Shown piece by piece: positions 21,577 through 33,527 of a stretch of 54,309 nucleotides of DNA. Origin of the DNA: Saprolegnia diclina VS20 (Eukaryota); contig NW_008246080.1 of assembly GCF_000281045.1 (NCBI RefSeq), forward strand, positions 710,845-765,153. The letters run 5' to 3'. A program made the position numbers and the translations under genes. The notes beneath the pieces were generated by a model, which saw nothing but the letters and a program-made list of their open reading frames with translations, was not told the origin of the DNA and did not search any database. Positions within the stretch are counted from its first letter, which is position 1. Every line of letters begins with the position of its first letter.

Positions 21577-22632
21577 ATGAACACGAAGAAGCTGTACATC
21601 CACCCGGCAGAGGACATGGCGAAGAAGTCGCCGGTCAACATGGTCGAGCACATGCTCACGTCGTCGCCCAAGCGCGCCCGGCGCGAGGACCACCGGCTCG
21701 ACGCGCTCTTTGCGTCCGTGCTCTGCGACCCGTTCATGTTTGAGCACATCCTGCTCTACTGCCGTGGCATCAAGACCAAGCATTGGGTGAACGCGATCCT
21801 CGCAGCGCGGTCCGGCAACCTCTTCATTCTGCAGTTCCGCGGTCCGCAGCTCAAGTACAACGCGTACGTCTTTAGCGAAGCGAGCGCGCATGGCCACCTC
21901 GCCATTGTCGACTGGTGCCACAAACACAACCATCCGGGCTGCACGACCGACGCGATGGACTACGCGGCGCGCGCGGGCCACTTGCACATTGTACAGTACC
22001 TCCATGCCCATCGCCGCGAAGGCTGCACGAAGCGGGCGATGGACTTTGCCGCGCTGAAAGGCCACCTCCATGTCGTCCAGTGGCTCCATGCGCACCGCAA
22101 CGAGGGCTGCACGACCGAGGCCATGAACGGCGCGGCCTTTGGCGGCCACCTCGAGATCGTCCAGTGGCTCCACGAGCACCGCCGCGAGGGCTGCACGCCC
22201 GAGGCCATGGACGCGGCGGCCGCAAACGGCCACTTTCACATTGTCAAGTACCTCCATGCCAATCGCCGCGAGGGCTGCACAAACAAGGCGATGGATCTGT
22301 CGGCCAAGCACGGCCACAAGCACATCCTCCAGTGGCTGCACAAGCACCGCTGGGAAGGCGCGTCCGTGCGCGCCATGGACTACGCCGCGCAGAGCGGGCA
22401 CTTGGAGATCTTGCAGTGGCTGCATGCGCACCGCCGCGAGGGCTGCACGACCAAGGCGATGGACTGGGCGGCCGGCCAAGGCAACCTCACCATCTTCCGC
22501 TGGCTCCACGAGAACCGCAACGAGGGCTGCACGATCCATGGCGTCGCCGAGGCGTTCAAGCAAGGCCACACGTCCATCATGCAGTTCATCCGCGAAAACG
22601 GTATTTATGGCGTCCACACGTTCCTCGTCTAG
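21577..22632 (+). CDS. Ankyrin-repeat protein (28-aa GCTTxAMD-type repeats)
   Basis: Intronless 351-aa ORF with ~8 tandem units such as GCTTDAMDYAARAGHLHIVQYLHAHRRE. Confidence 0.9.
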   Translation: MNTKKLYIHPAEDMAKKSPVNMVEHMLTSSPKRARREDHRLDALFASVLCDPFMFEHILLYCRGIKTKHWVNAILAARSGNLFILQFRGPQLKYNAYVFSEASAHGHLAIVDWCHKHNHPGCTTDAMDYAARAGHLHIVQYLHAHRREGCTKRAMDFAALKGHLHVVQWLHAHRNEGCTTEAMNGAAFGGHLEIVQWLHEHRREGCTPEAMDAAAANGHFHIVKYLHANRREGCTNKAMDLSAKHGHKHILQWLHKHRWEGASVRAMDYAAQSGHLEILQWLHAHRREGCTTKAMDWAAGQGNLTIFRWLHENRNEGCTIHGVAEAFKQGHTSIMQFIRENGIYGVHTFLV

Positions 22633-23256
22633 GAAGAAGCTAGCTTGGAGCTTGAGTAAATATGGTATATATCGACGATTGCCACCGAGGGCGCTTCTTC
22701 TTCTTGCCACGTGGTCGATGTTGTCCTCGGTCTTCGACGTCGATGGCGTCGGGATTGGCTGACGCAGCTGGGCTCCTCGAGCTTTTGCAAGAGTTCCGCT
22801 GCGAACCAAGGTGTTTGTCCTCCGCTCCAAGCAGGTTTGCTGGGCCAGCGCACAAGGCAGTGCTCGGGTGCTCGGGTGTGTTGGTGGTGCATGTGATATT
22901 ACGGTATTTTGCTCACTTTACTGGTATTTGTACGGTGTTATTCCGGCCGGTCGATATAACACTATTTAACGTCAAATGCACCCACCTCGCTGGGACTGCA
23001 GTCGTAAAGCAGCGTGCCATTATTGTGGGCCGCTTGCTGCACCTTATTCTTGTGGCACCTTTTGTAGTACTGTACGTGGCCACGACTCGACGTCGTAGGG
23101 TTGTTGCCATGACGTCTCGTTCGTCTCGATACCAACGCGATGAGAAAATGCACACTATACAATGACAAATATACGCAAATAGTATGCTCGCAAAACGACA
23201 AGGGAGCGTGGGTTTAGTCGAGGAATTCCTGTGGGCTCCATCCGACCTGGCCGACC

Positions 23257-26200
23257 ATGATGATGGACTACGACTACCTCCAGCAGCGGCTGCAGCTGCG
23301 CGTGGACCTCCTCGAGAAGCGGCTCGTCGGCGTCTCGGAGCTCATCCTCGCGCCCAAGGCAAGCGACCTCAGCCGCGTCCGCGTGCACTGCCGGCAGATG
23401 AAGGTGGCCCGGGTGACCGTGAACGGCCTCGACGCGCGCTTTGAGCAGCTCGACTTTCTCTCCGAGGTCGTGCACGAGAGCTACCGCGACTGGGCCTCGT
23501 ACGACCTCTTCTACCGCGGTGCGATCGTGGCGTCCAAGGAAGGAACGCTGGTGATCGAGCTCCCGGCGCCCATCGAGCGCACGAACGGCCAAGCGCCGAG
23601 CGCGTCGCAGGCGTCGTCGGCCGACGACAATGACAATAGCAACGTGACCGACGACGACAGCAAGCACGCCAAGGACAATGCGTTCTGGGACTTGGACACG
23701 ATTCCATCGAGCCAGACCGGGTACGAGCCGCTGCGTATCCGCGTCGAGTACGTCCTCGAGGACCCGCGCGGTGGCGTCCGCTTCCTCCTTCCGGACGCCG
23801 ACCACCCGAACCGATCGCCACACATGTACACGTACTGCGGTCCATTTGGCGGCCTCTGCGACGGCGCGCGCATGTGGATGCCCTGCCGCGACTCGCTCAA
23901 GGACACGTGCACCTTCCGCATCGAGCTTCTCGTGCCCGCCTACTGCGTTGCGATCTGCAGCGGGCGGCTCGTGGACCAGTCGCTCGACGAGTCGTACCGG
24001 TCGTTCCGGTACGTTGTCAACACCAAGACCAACTGCTCGATGCTTGGCTTTGCGGTCGGGCCGTTCCGCATGTACATCCCCGAGGCGATGCCCCGCATGA
24101 CGTACTTTTGTCTCCCAGAAGTCTACGAGGACCTCGTGCACACAACGTCGAGCGTCCATCTCTCCAAGTCGAACAAGGAGTCGACGGCCCACCAGCCGTA
24201 CCCAACGACGTCGATTCTCGCGTTTTACGAAGGCTACCTCAACGCACGGTACCCGTTCGAGACGTACCAGCAAGTGTACGTCGAGGACCCGCCGGACGAG
24301 GTGCAGTACTACGCCGGCGCGTCGGTCCTCGACCAGCGCTCGCTCTACGGGCCGACCATCATTGACCGCAAGCTGCCGTCGCACCTGCTTCAAGTCAAGG
24401 CGTTTGTCGGCAGCTGGATCGCCGGTGCGATTGGCATCCAGACCACCAAGGACGCCTGGGTGCTCATTGGCGTCGTCGGGCACCTTGTCAACGCGTACGT
24501 CAAGGTCGTCTTTGGTGAGGAAGAGTACGGGTATCGCATCCAGCTGGCGATGGACGCGCTCACGACGATCGAGCTCACATCCGATGACGCGCCGACGCTC
24601 ATCTACCCGGACGTTGACGTCTACGGCGAGTACGACCCGTCGTACGTACCGTTCCTGGAAGCCAAGGGACCGTTGATTTTGCACATGATTGAGCAGCGCG
24701 TGGGCCAGAAGCACTTGCAAATCTCGCTCCAGCGCATCGTCGCGGGCTCGGTGCCGACCGAGAGCTACGGCAAGCAGCCGTCGAATGGCAACAGCGGCAA
24801 AACCAAGCACGACGACGACGAGAAGGACAAGGAGAACGACGACGACGGCGATGACGGGGACGACGGCAACACGTCCGTCATCAACAGCAACCTCGACGAG
24901 ACAGCAACCAAGACCGGGCAGCCCCAAGCGCTCTCGACGTGGTCGCTGCTCAGCATCGTCAAGAGCATTGCGGGCGCATCAGGTCAAGATTTGTGCCGGC
25001 TCTTTCTCCAGACGTGGATCGTGCACGGCGGCCTGCCCTTCTTTAGCGTCGGTTTTTGGTACAACCGCAAGCAGACGCAAGCCGAGGTCGTCTTGGAGCA
25101 GACGCTCTTGCCCGGCTGTGAAAAGTACACGGGCAACATCAAGATTACGATCGTGGAAGAGCAGAGCGAGTACGTCCACCACAAGCGCATCGAGTCGCTC
25201 CGGCACAAGTGGGAGTTTCCGTGTCATTCGAAGGTCCGCAAGAAGCGCCGCACGCGCCAGAAGCTCGACCAGAGCGACGACGACTACTCGTCGCAAATCT
25301 CGGGCGCGGGCATGGGGCTCAACGACACGCCGGTGTACTGGGTCAAGATTGACCCCGAGTGCGGCTGGCTCCGGCACATTGTCATGTACCAACCCGACTT
25401 TAACTGGATGGAGCAGCTGCTCAGTGACTCGAAATGCGTCCGGTCGCGCGTCCACGCCGCCCGCGCCCTTGCGCTCTACCCGCTCGCGCACGAAAAGTCG
25501 CATGTCATGGCGTGCCGCGTGCTCACCGAATGCATGCACGGCCTCACGACCCACTCGCGCCGGCTCCGCGCCGAGGCCGCGATCGCGCTCGGGCTCTGGC
25601 AGTCGCTGCATGCGCCCATGACCAACGCGCGCACGGACCTCCCGGACTGGAAGGGCATGCACAACCTCGTGCGCATCTTCAAGGAACACTTCTTTGACCG
25701 GACCGCCGACATGCCGCTGCCCAACTACTTTTTGCCGTCGGGCGGCAAGGTCATCTTGGAGGTATCGTTTTCTCTTTGTTTTCATGGGCGGCGTGGGTTG
25801 ATACAATATTGATATTTTTGTCGCTAGTCGGTGGGCGAGGAGCAGTCGACGACGAGCCGTGACATTCAGATCCAAGACTACGCCGAGGGCGAGTACGAGA
25901 TCAAAAAGGCAATCCCGAAAGCGCTCGCGGTCGTCCGGTCGCGCACGGGCTTTTCACCGCCCGAGATTGAAACATTTCTGCTGCAGCTGCTCATGCAAAA
26001 CGACAACTCGAAGAACTATGTCGAAATGGCCGACGAAAGCTCGGTCGCGGACGACTGCTTTTACGTCGGCAGTCTCATCCTCGCGTTGTCCGTGCTCGTC
26101 CTTGAGAACCGCAGCTTGGGGAAGAAGGAGACAGCGACCGAGATCCTCCGCCTTTTGCACTACGACGACGTCCGTCCGAGCTACGGCCACACGATCACGA

Positions 26201-27174
26201 TTTGCTGTCTCGAAGCGCTCTGCAACCTCCAGCTCACGGGCCGCCTCGCCGACGAGAGCGCCGTGCCGTACCACCGGTACGCGTCGCCCAAGTACCCGGC
26301 GATGGTGCGCAAGGCTGCGATCGAGAGCATCTTGCGTCTCTACTTTGCCGAGGACCCGCGTGACGAGGCAGCCTCCAAGAAGACGCGGCCGTTTGGCCCC
26401 GTGGCTGCGATTTCGTATGCGCTGCGACTCGTCGAGACGGAGAGCTCGCCGAGCATTCGCCGCTTTGCGATCCAGGTGTGTCTCAACTGCCTCCGCGGCT
26501 TCCCGCCGAGCGTGGCGGCGCAAGTCCTGGCGACGTGGGACCACGCGTACACGCTCGGGATTATGCACGCGATCCAGATGGAGCACCACGGCGCGTTCTT
26601 GCAGAAGAGCCCGACAAAAGAGTCGATTGCGAGCACGTTTACGCCGCCGTCGCTTCTGTCGCTGCGTGAAGACAGCTTGGCGACGCGCGCGGCTGCTGAG
26701 CTTCTCTGGTCGATCATGAACACGACTGCGAGCACGGACCAACCGCTGCGCGTCTCGCTCGCGCTGCTCTACCGCAAGATCTGGGGCGATGCGACGCCGA
26801 TCTGCCTTGCCCACTCGGTGCAGGTACACACAATGATGATCCGTGAGCATTGTCTGAGCGCAAATGTAGGAGAAACCGGCCAACTGGGCCGGCGGCTACG
26901 AGTCGCTGCGCAAGCTCATCGAAGAGAGCAAGTCCAACACCAAGTCGTCGTCGTCGTCGGGGCACCCGACCAAGTCCAAGCACCACGGCGACGACCACAG
27001 CAAGAAGCGTCCACCGAGCGGGTCGCCTCCGGTACGAGCCGACTCTGTCTCGTTGCCCATTTCGAGTCATGTCCTGTGTAGCTGCCGGGCATGGCAGGGC
27101 CCTTCGATCAGCTCAAGGGCAAGAAGCTCAAGCTCAAGCTCGGCGAGACCGTGGTCATGTCGCACAAGCTCTGA
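23257..27174 (+). CDS. TAF2: Transcription initiation factor TFIID subunit 2 (TAF2, aminopeptidase-M1-like fold), multi-exon
   Basis: VRVHCRQMKVARVTVNG, IRVEYVLEDPRGGVRF, HMYTY, ARMWMPCRDSL, GFAVGPF, FYEGYLNARYPFETYQQVYVED, KGPLILHMIEQRVG, WVKIDPECGWL, PNYF, NDNSKNY..DDCFYV, SYGHTITICCL. ORFs 23257..25812 and 25831..27081 are spliced; final exon ends KKLKLKLGETVVMSHKL* at 27174. Confidence 0.9.
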
Positions 27175-27251
27175 GCCATTTTCGTACACCGACGACAGTG
27201 GGCATAGGACGCTCTTGTTGATTGGAAATGCAATAGTTTATATATCAGTTT

Positions 27252-27292
27252 TGGTGCTGCCCAGATTTCTGGTGCTGCCCAGATTTCTGGTG
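27252..27292. repeat. Short tandem direct repeat (18-bp unit x2 plus partial) in intergenic region
   Basis: tggtgctgcccagatttc tggtgctgcccagatttc tggtg; followed by ggtggaatt x2 near 27317-27335. Confidence 0.8.
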
Positions 27293-27404
27293 GTTCCCAC
27301 AGTTGCATTCCACACGGTGGAATTGGTGGAATTTGGTGCAATTTGGGGCTGAAGCGGTGTGTATCATCAGACTGAAACGGCGGGAAAGGCCGACCAGTCG
27401 GAGT

Positions 27405-30400
27405 ATGAACAACGCGGGCGACGAGAGCGTCGCCGCTGTTCTCGAGACGCTCCATGCAATGAAGCCCGAGAAGGCGAAGCAGCGCGCCGCCTCGCGCCTG
27501 CCTCCGTACCGTGGCACCCCCGTTGTACGCTTCTTCTCCATCATCTTCGTCTTATATGTTGACGACGATGATGGCAGAGAGCCGCGAGCACGAGCAGTTT
27601 GGTCCCGCGCCTTCGCAAGCCGATCGAGAAGCCCGTGCGTCGCTTGTCTGCCCGTGCAATCGTTTGAGAAGAATGTGTAGGATGCCCTCACGCGGTCGCA
27701 GGAGCTGCAGGTGGCGGTCACCGACCTCACACAGCGCTTGCGTGACAAGAGCGACCAGTGCGACGAGCTCCATAGCTGTGTGAGCCGACTCAACAAGGAG
27801 CTGCGCCTCTCGGTACGCCGATATAGAGTGACCTCAGTGCGACGATATGGCGTAGGTGGACCAGGCCTCGCTCCTCCAGCACGCAGCGGCCGAAAAGGAC
27901 AAGGAGATTCAGACGCTGCGGGCGCACGTGGATGACTTGTACCAAGTGCAGCAGCAGCTCCGCGCGGAGAGTCTCCAGTCCAAGGCCGCGCTCACCCGTC
28001 GGCAGTCGGAGGGCATAATGGTGCTGCCACCGCCGCCCGAAGCCGACGAGATGCCGGTGCGACGGACGTCCGTGGCGCTCGACGAGACGATGGAGTGTCT
28101 CCGCCTCGAACTCGGTCAACTCGAAGCGCAGTGCCAAGCGCAGTCCAGTGAGCTGACGCGGTCGACGGCCGAGAACGCGGCGCTGCTCGCGTCGATGCGG
28201 CAGTGGCATGCGATGCTGTCGCTGCCGCCCCTTGATGTCCGTGCTGCTGCTCGCCTCTTTGCAAAAGCTCACGAAATACGCTAGGCGGACGAGGGACTCC
28301 ACGAGGCGTTGACGCAGGCGCTGGCGCAGGATACTTCGGCACAACGCCGTCGTCACGATCAGCTTGTAGCAACCTGCGACGCCCAACGCAAGGAGCTTCT
28401 CGCGTTTCGTCTCGAGAAGGCACTGCAGCGTCGGTGCCGCGTGACCACCGACTCGATCTACGACTTGGAGGCGCACGTCGAGGCTTTGGCCGCGGCAAAT
28501 GCGCAGTTGGCGGACGCTGCGCAGAACGAAGCGGCGAGAAGTGAGCTCTGGGCGACGCAATGTAGCGTCGTGCAAGAAGCCCTCGAGGCGCTGAGCGACC
28601 GGTGGGAGGCCTCGCTCGAGGACGAGCGGCAGGCGGCCGACGAAAAGCTCAGCGCTGCCCACGAGCATATTGAAGCGGTTGAGCAGCAGCTGCACGACGA
28701 GGCTAGAGACCACGAAGCGGTGCTGGAGGCGTACGCAGCGTGCCAAGACGATCTCGTCCAGGCCCAAGAGGCACTGAATGCGGCGACAAACCACTGCGAA
28801 TTTGTGCAGAGCCAGCTCCAGAAGCTTCAGGTGACGCGCTGCCAGGCGCGCTGCCACTGCTGTGACGAGAGCACGCAAACAACGGCGACAACATTGGCAT
28901 CGCCATCCACGTCTTGCCAAGAAGACGTCAACAACAACGATGCGACAAGTACAACTTTACGTGGCTTCCTGGCGGCGGGCGGCGTTGTCTCGGTGGTTAT
29001 GGACGGTGCCAGCGTCCTCCCCGGTGACGAAAGCACTCCAAGCATCAACAGCGGTGACGCCACCGCTGCGAGCCACGACAATGAGAATGACACGACAGAA
29101 GAACGTAAGCAAGGACCTTCGCCGGTCAAGGCGACGTCCCAGTGGATCACCGTGATTGAAGCGATGCAGGCCAACCACGAGCTGGAGCTCGACGTCCTTC
29201 GGTCTGACGTCGCAGACGCGCTTGCCAAGCTCGCAGCGCGCGACGCCGAGGTCGACCAGCTCGTCTTGGACCTCGAGGCGAGCCACTGCGCAGCGGGGAA
29301 GCTGCGCGTCGACTATGACGTGGCAGCGGGTGATGGCCCGTGGGAACGCACGACGTTTCCGCACACACCGGGCGGTCGTCTCCTTGCGGTCGCGTGCGAG
29401 TCTTTTGCAAGCGCCGACTGCGAGAGCCACACCGAGCGGATGGCACCAATGGCGGTCGTGCGCATCGACGACAACTCGCCTCCACAAGAAGTCACAACCG
29501 CGCTCGAAGCGCGCGCGCTTGAAATGGCTCTCGAAGAGCTGGAGCTGGCCCACGCCGACGTCGAGTCGCACCGCGCCTGCGTGCGCGATGTTCAGATGCA
29601 GCTTCTGGCGACAGAATCGCAGCTCGCGTCGGCCGTCGAAACGAATCACATGCAGGCGGAAGAGACAGCATACCATCGCAAATACCTCCTCCCGAGCTCC
29701 ACACCCAACCACGTCGGTGATAGCCGCACCCAGATGGAGCAACTTGGCATGCACTTGGAAGACCTCAGCGCGACGTTACTGGCCCATACGGCGTCTGCCG
29801 ATGCGACTCAAAGGGCAATGTCGCATCTGCAAGGCGAGGCAGCCGTGCTGTCGACTCGTGTTGCCGAGGCCGACGCCCGCCTTGGACTGCTCACATCGGC
29901 GGCGAACAACGCAGAAATGACCATTTTTTCGCTGCAAATCAGCACAGCAACGCAAGACGCCGCGCTCGTCGAGGCCAACGCTGCGCTCGACAAGCAAACG
30001 ATGGAGCTCGCGACCTGCCACGCTGAGAACGCTAGCGCCCACGCTCGCCTCGCGGCGCTTGTGACCGACCACGCGGCGACCCTCGCGCAAATGGAACAGC
30101 GCGCGATGCAGAGCGAAGAGTTGTCGCCAGTACCAGGTTTGCAAGACCTTATTACACGCCAAGAGATGTGCTTGGCCACGATGGCGGAAGAGAAAATTGC
30201 ACTCCTAGATCACTTGCGCGCGCAAGCGACCGAGTTGCAACAGCTGCTCTCGCCAGACGCGCCACCGTTGGGTAGCAAGGCTGACGAAGCCCGTCCGACG
30301 CTGCTTCTGCACCAAGAGCTTGTCCAGGAACTCCAGTCTCTCGTGCGCACCTTGCAGTACGACGTTGAAATGTACAAGGCGACGATCGCAACTCTGGAGG

Positions 30401-32132
30401 CGGACCGTCGCGTGCTCACGTGCGAAGACGACGAGTGGCCGCGCCGCATCGAGCTCTCGGCCGAGATTCGAGCGCCAATGGCCACCGATGACGGCGACTT
30501 TGGTCCGTGGGAGTCGGACACGGACGAGTCGCCATGCCTGGAGCGCAGGCTCTGGACGATTCCCGAGACGAATGACGACGTCGAGGGTGACGAGAGCGAC
30601 GTTGCTGATACCTCCGTAAGCCCCAGCGCTGGATCGGGAACAGAGCTAGCAGCGCTACGCTCCGAGCTGGAGCGTGCGACTGGCGATCTGATGACGGCGC
30701 CGATGAACACGGAGGTGCTGCAGCGCCTTGCCAACCACCTCGACCAGCACAACGATGCACTGCATTCGACGAGCGAGTCCGAGTCTGAGATTGTGGCGCT
30801 TCTGCACCACACCCAGAGCCTCCTTACACGTGTCCTCACGACGGCGGCGACAGCCAACGATCCGGTGGCAACTGACAACAACAACACCGACAACGACGAC
30901 GATGACGACGACGGCGAGACGGACAACGACACGACGCCCGACGAGGCCGAGTGTCGCATTTGTTGCTGGGATGCCGTAGACGCGTCGACGACTGACATTG
31001 GTGGTGTCGACAGTGAGGAGCCAGCACCCATCGGGGTTGTCGTGGTGCACATCGGCAGCCACGAGATCCAGGCTGGCGTTGTACGGAGTGGCACAAGCCC
31101 GAACCTTCCCGACCTCCGGCTCCTGGTACACTGAATATGTTCTGACAAACCGACCTCGCCGCCTCTGCTTATAGGCCAAGCACGTTGACACGCGGACGCC
31201 TGCGGTGCGTACCCCGCTCGTCCTAGCCGATGCCAACCTATTTACATAGGAACCGCTCCTGCGCCTCGGTGCGATCCAGGACTTTGACGCGTTCGAGGCG
31301 ACGCTGCGCCGCGTCTTTTCGCTCTTGCAGGTGGCGCCGCCATTGTACAAGGTACTTGCGCGAATGTCTTCCAATGTCACCAAGGTCGTTCATTGAACTA
31401 GATGATTCTCTTGCACAAACCGTCCATCTCGCCGCTCGAGAAGGAGCGCCTCGTCGACATCGCCATTGAGCACTGCCATGCATCGAGCGTCAACCTCGTG
31501 ACGTACGCCCAAGTCGCGCTCGTGGCCGCCGGACGCCACACGGGCCTCGTCGTCGATCTGGGCGTCGACACGCTCTACGTGGTGCCCATCTTTGAAGACA
31601 TGGTGGTACGTCCACCGAAGTCTATCGTCGACAAGTGCAAGTGTTCGACTAGCTCGAACATGCCGTCGTCAAGCTCGCGCTCGCGTCGCCCGTGTGGACA
31701 GCCTCCGAGACGCCCGAGACCGCGCTCGACCGCCTCTTTGCACCCGACGCCGCGCAGTGTAGGCCATCGGACGCCACCACTCGTTTGAATGCGTACCGCT
31801 GTGTAGGCGCCATGGGCGTCGTGACTGCGATCCTCCAAGTGCTGGGGCTATCGACGCCTGTGATCCATGGCACGCTCGTACGTCACATCGTATTGACCGG
31901 CGGCCCGGCGTCCGTCGCCGGTCTCGCGGATCGCCTGCATCGCGAGCTCACCGAGTGCGTCGCATCCATCGACACGGTGCCGCACCCGACGCTGATCCAA
32001 GTCCACGTCGCGCCAGAGACCCTCTACCACGGCGCGGTCGTCCACGCGCAGAAGCTCTCGTCGCACAAGTGGATCACACGCGCCGACGTGCGCCACGACG
32101 GCGCGGCCATCGTGCATACGAAATGCTTTTAA
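27405..32132 (+). CDS. Large coiled-coil protein with C-terminal divergent, internally reduced actin-like domain, multi-exon
   Basis: Heptad-rich exons (27405.., 27856..28284, 28309..31134) splice via short introns into actin-like segments: VVVHIGSHEIQAG, EPLLRLGAIQDFDAFE, GRHTGLVVDLGVDTLYVVPIFEDMVLEHAV, HIVLTGGPASVAGLADRLHREL, KWITRADVRHDGAAIVHTKCF* (actin ends IVHRKCF). Confidence 0.75.
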
Positions 32133-33092
32133 GATTCGCGTATCGTACCGTTCTGCGCGTCCGCCACGCTTGCATGTATGGGTTGGAGGAGCTAGCGCGG
32201 AGTAATGATGCAGCATCGCATGGCGGCTGCCCGTCTCTGCCCACGCAGCCCTCTGCCCAAGCAATTGATGTGCTACGAGTTCAACCATCCCGATCATGGC
32301 CATCTGGTGGCGCGGCCACGCGCCGTCGTCGCCATCGGCGTCGTTTCTTGCCCGGCCACGTCCATGTTCTTCGCCGCCCTTCCAGAAGTTGATGCGAGCC
32401 CCATCATCGCCCCTGTCGCAGCCATCTACCCGCGATTCCGCATGCGCCAGCACCGCCATGGACATAAGCCATCGGCGTCGGCCATCCGCGTCGGCCATCC
32501 GCGTCGGTGCCAAGGCCGGTCGTCGGTGCCATGGCCGGTCGTCGGCGCGTCTCGTCGCGACCGCGGCCGTCGTCGTCACCGCTTGGTGCCATCACGCAGC
32601 AACCTCGGCCTTTGCGCCAATCAAATGGCGTCAAAGCCCGCGAACCGGCGCCATTGCATTCCGTGTATTTTATTGGTCTTTTTCTGTCGAATTATTTCTC
32701 GTTTCTTTGCCAATCCATACAAAACCCAGCATAATGCCTCCTTATCGACAATAAAAAAGATGTTGCTCCTTGCATAAAAATACCGCGCGCGGCGCGGTGG
32801 CACGGGCGGCGGCGCCGCGGCCGTTGGCGGTTGCCGCCACGTTTTCGTTTAAAATGGTCGCCGTATTTAATCACGCGACATGGCCAATAGACTTGGCGTT
32901 TGTATGTGGAGAGAACGGACGTGCCATTGAATCACACAATTTAATGCACAAATTCCGCTGCAGCGTCGCAACAACTGGGCATCGAAGGCGGATTTTGGAA
33001 TGGCGCCGGGCGATGGCCGCTGATGAAAAACGAAAAACGGTGGGCCAGAGACGAATATACTACGTCGGGTGCCTCCGCCACTAAGATCTACG

Positions 33093-33527
33093 ATGCCACG
33101 ACCACCGACACCGACGACACCGACACCGATGACACCGACGACGACGCGGAAGAAAGTGCACTTTGCCGATTGCGCACACGCGTACGAGTTTGCACTTGGC
33201 CATGGCGGCAGCGCGGTGCCGTTGGAGCAAGGCCCGGCGGTGGGCCTCGTCGGCGCCCCGTTGCGCATCAGCGCGATGGCGTTGCGCCGGTCCGAGCGCC
33301 GCCGCCGGCTGCGCAAGTTTGACAAGACCGAACGGGTCGCGATTTTGCGTGCGGCCGGCCACGAGATGAAGGACATTGTGGCCTTTTGCGTCGAAGCGCT
33401 CGACATTCGCATCTCGCGCGGCGCCAACAAACGCACGAGCGGGAAGAAGAAGCGCAGCTCGGAAGTCGCGCGCAACACAGAGATCAACGAGAACGCCAAC
33501 ATTGAGTTTACCCTTGAGGCGTACTAG
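33093..33527 (+). CDS. Small CSRNP N-terminal-domain-like protein
   Basis: Intronless ORF: RKKVHFADCAHAYEFALGHGGSAVPLEQGPAVGL...RKFDKTERVAILRAAG..ALDIRISR. Parallels CSRNP motifs V.F..V.VY.F.R.QG..SVP..GG..LGM and RRALLRASG..LRAIRLSR. Confidence 0.65.
   Translation: MPRPPTPTTPTPMTPTTTRKKVHFADCAHAYEFALGHGGSAVPLEQGPAVGLVGAPLRISAMALRRSERRRRLRKFDKTERVAILRAAGHEMKDIVAFCVEALDIRISRGANKRTSGKKKRSSEVARNTEINENANIEFTLEAY

Noticed and set aside
21930..22540. Regular 84-bp periodicity suggesting a CRISPR-like array
   Set aside because: It is the coding ankyrin repeat; units vary at synonymous sites and there are no unique spacers or cas genes.
22629..23155. Small minus-strand ORFs between the ankyrin gene and TAF2
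   Set aside because: No recognisable motif or consistent splice model; likely UTR/promoter sequence.
23155..24927. 590-aa minus-strand ORF, and similar long antisense ORFs (1626..2405, 9679..10662, 21376..22830, 24979..25875, 46305..47219)
   Set aside because: Shadow frames antisense to well-supported genes; strong GC3 codon bias suppresses stops on the opposite strand, and they carry no domain motifs.
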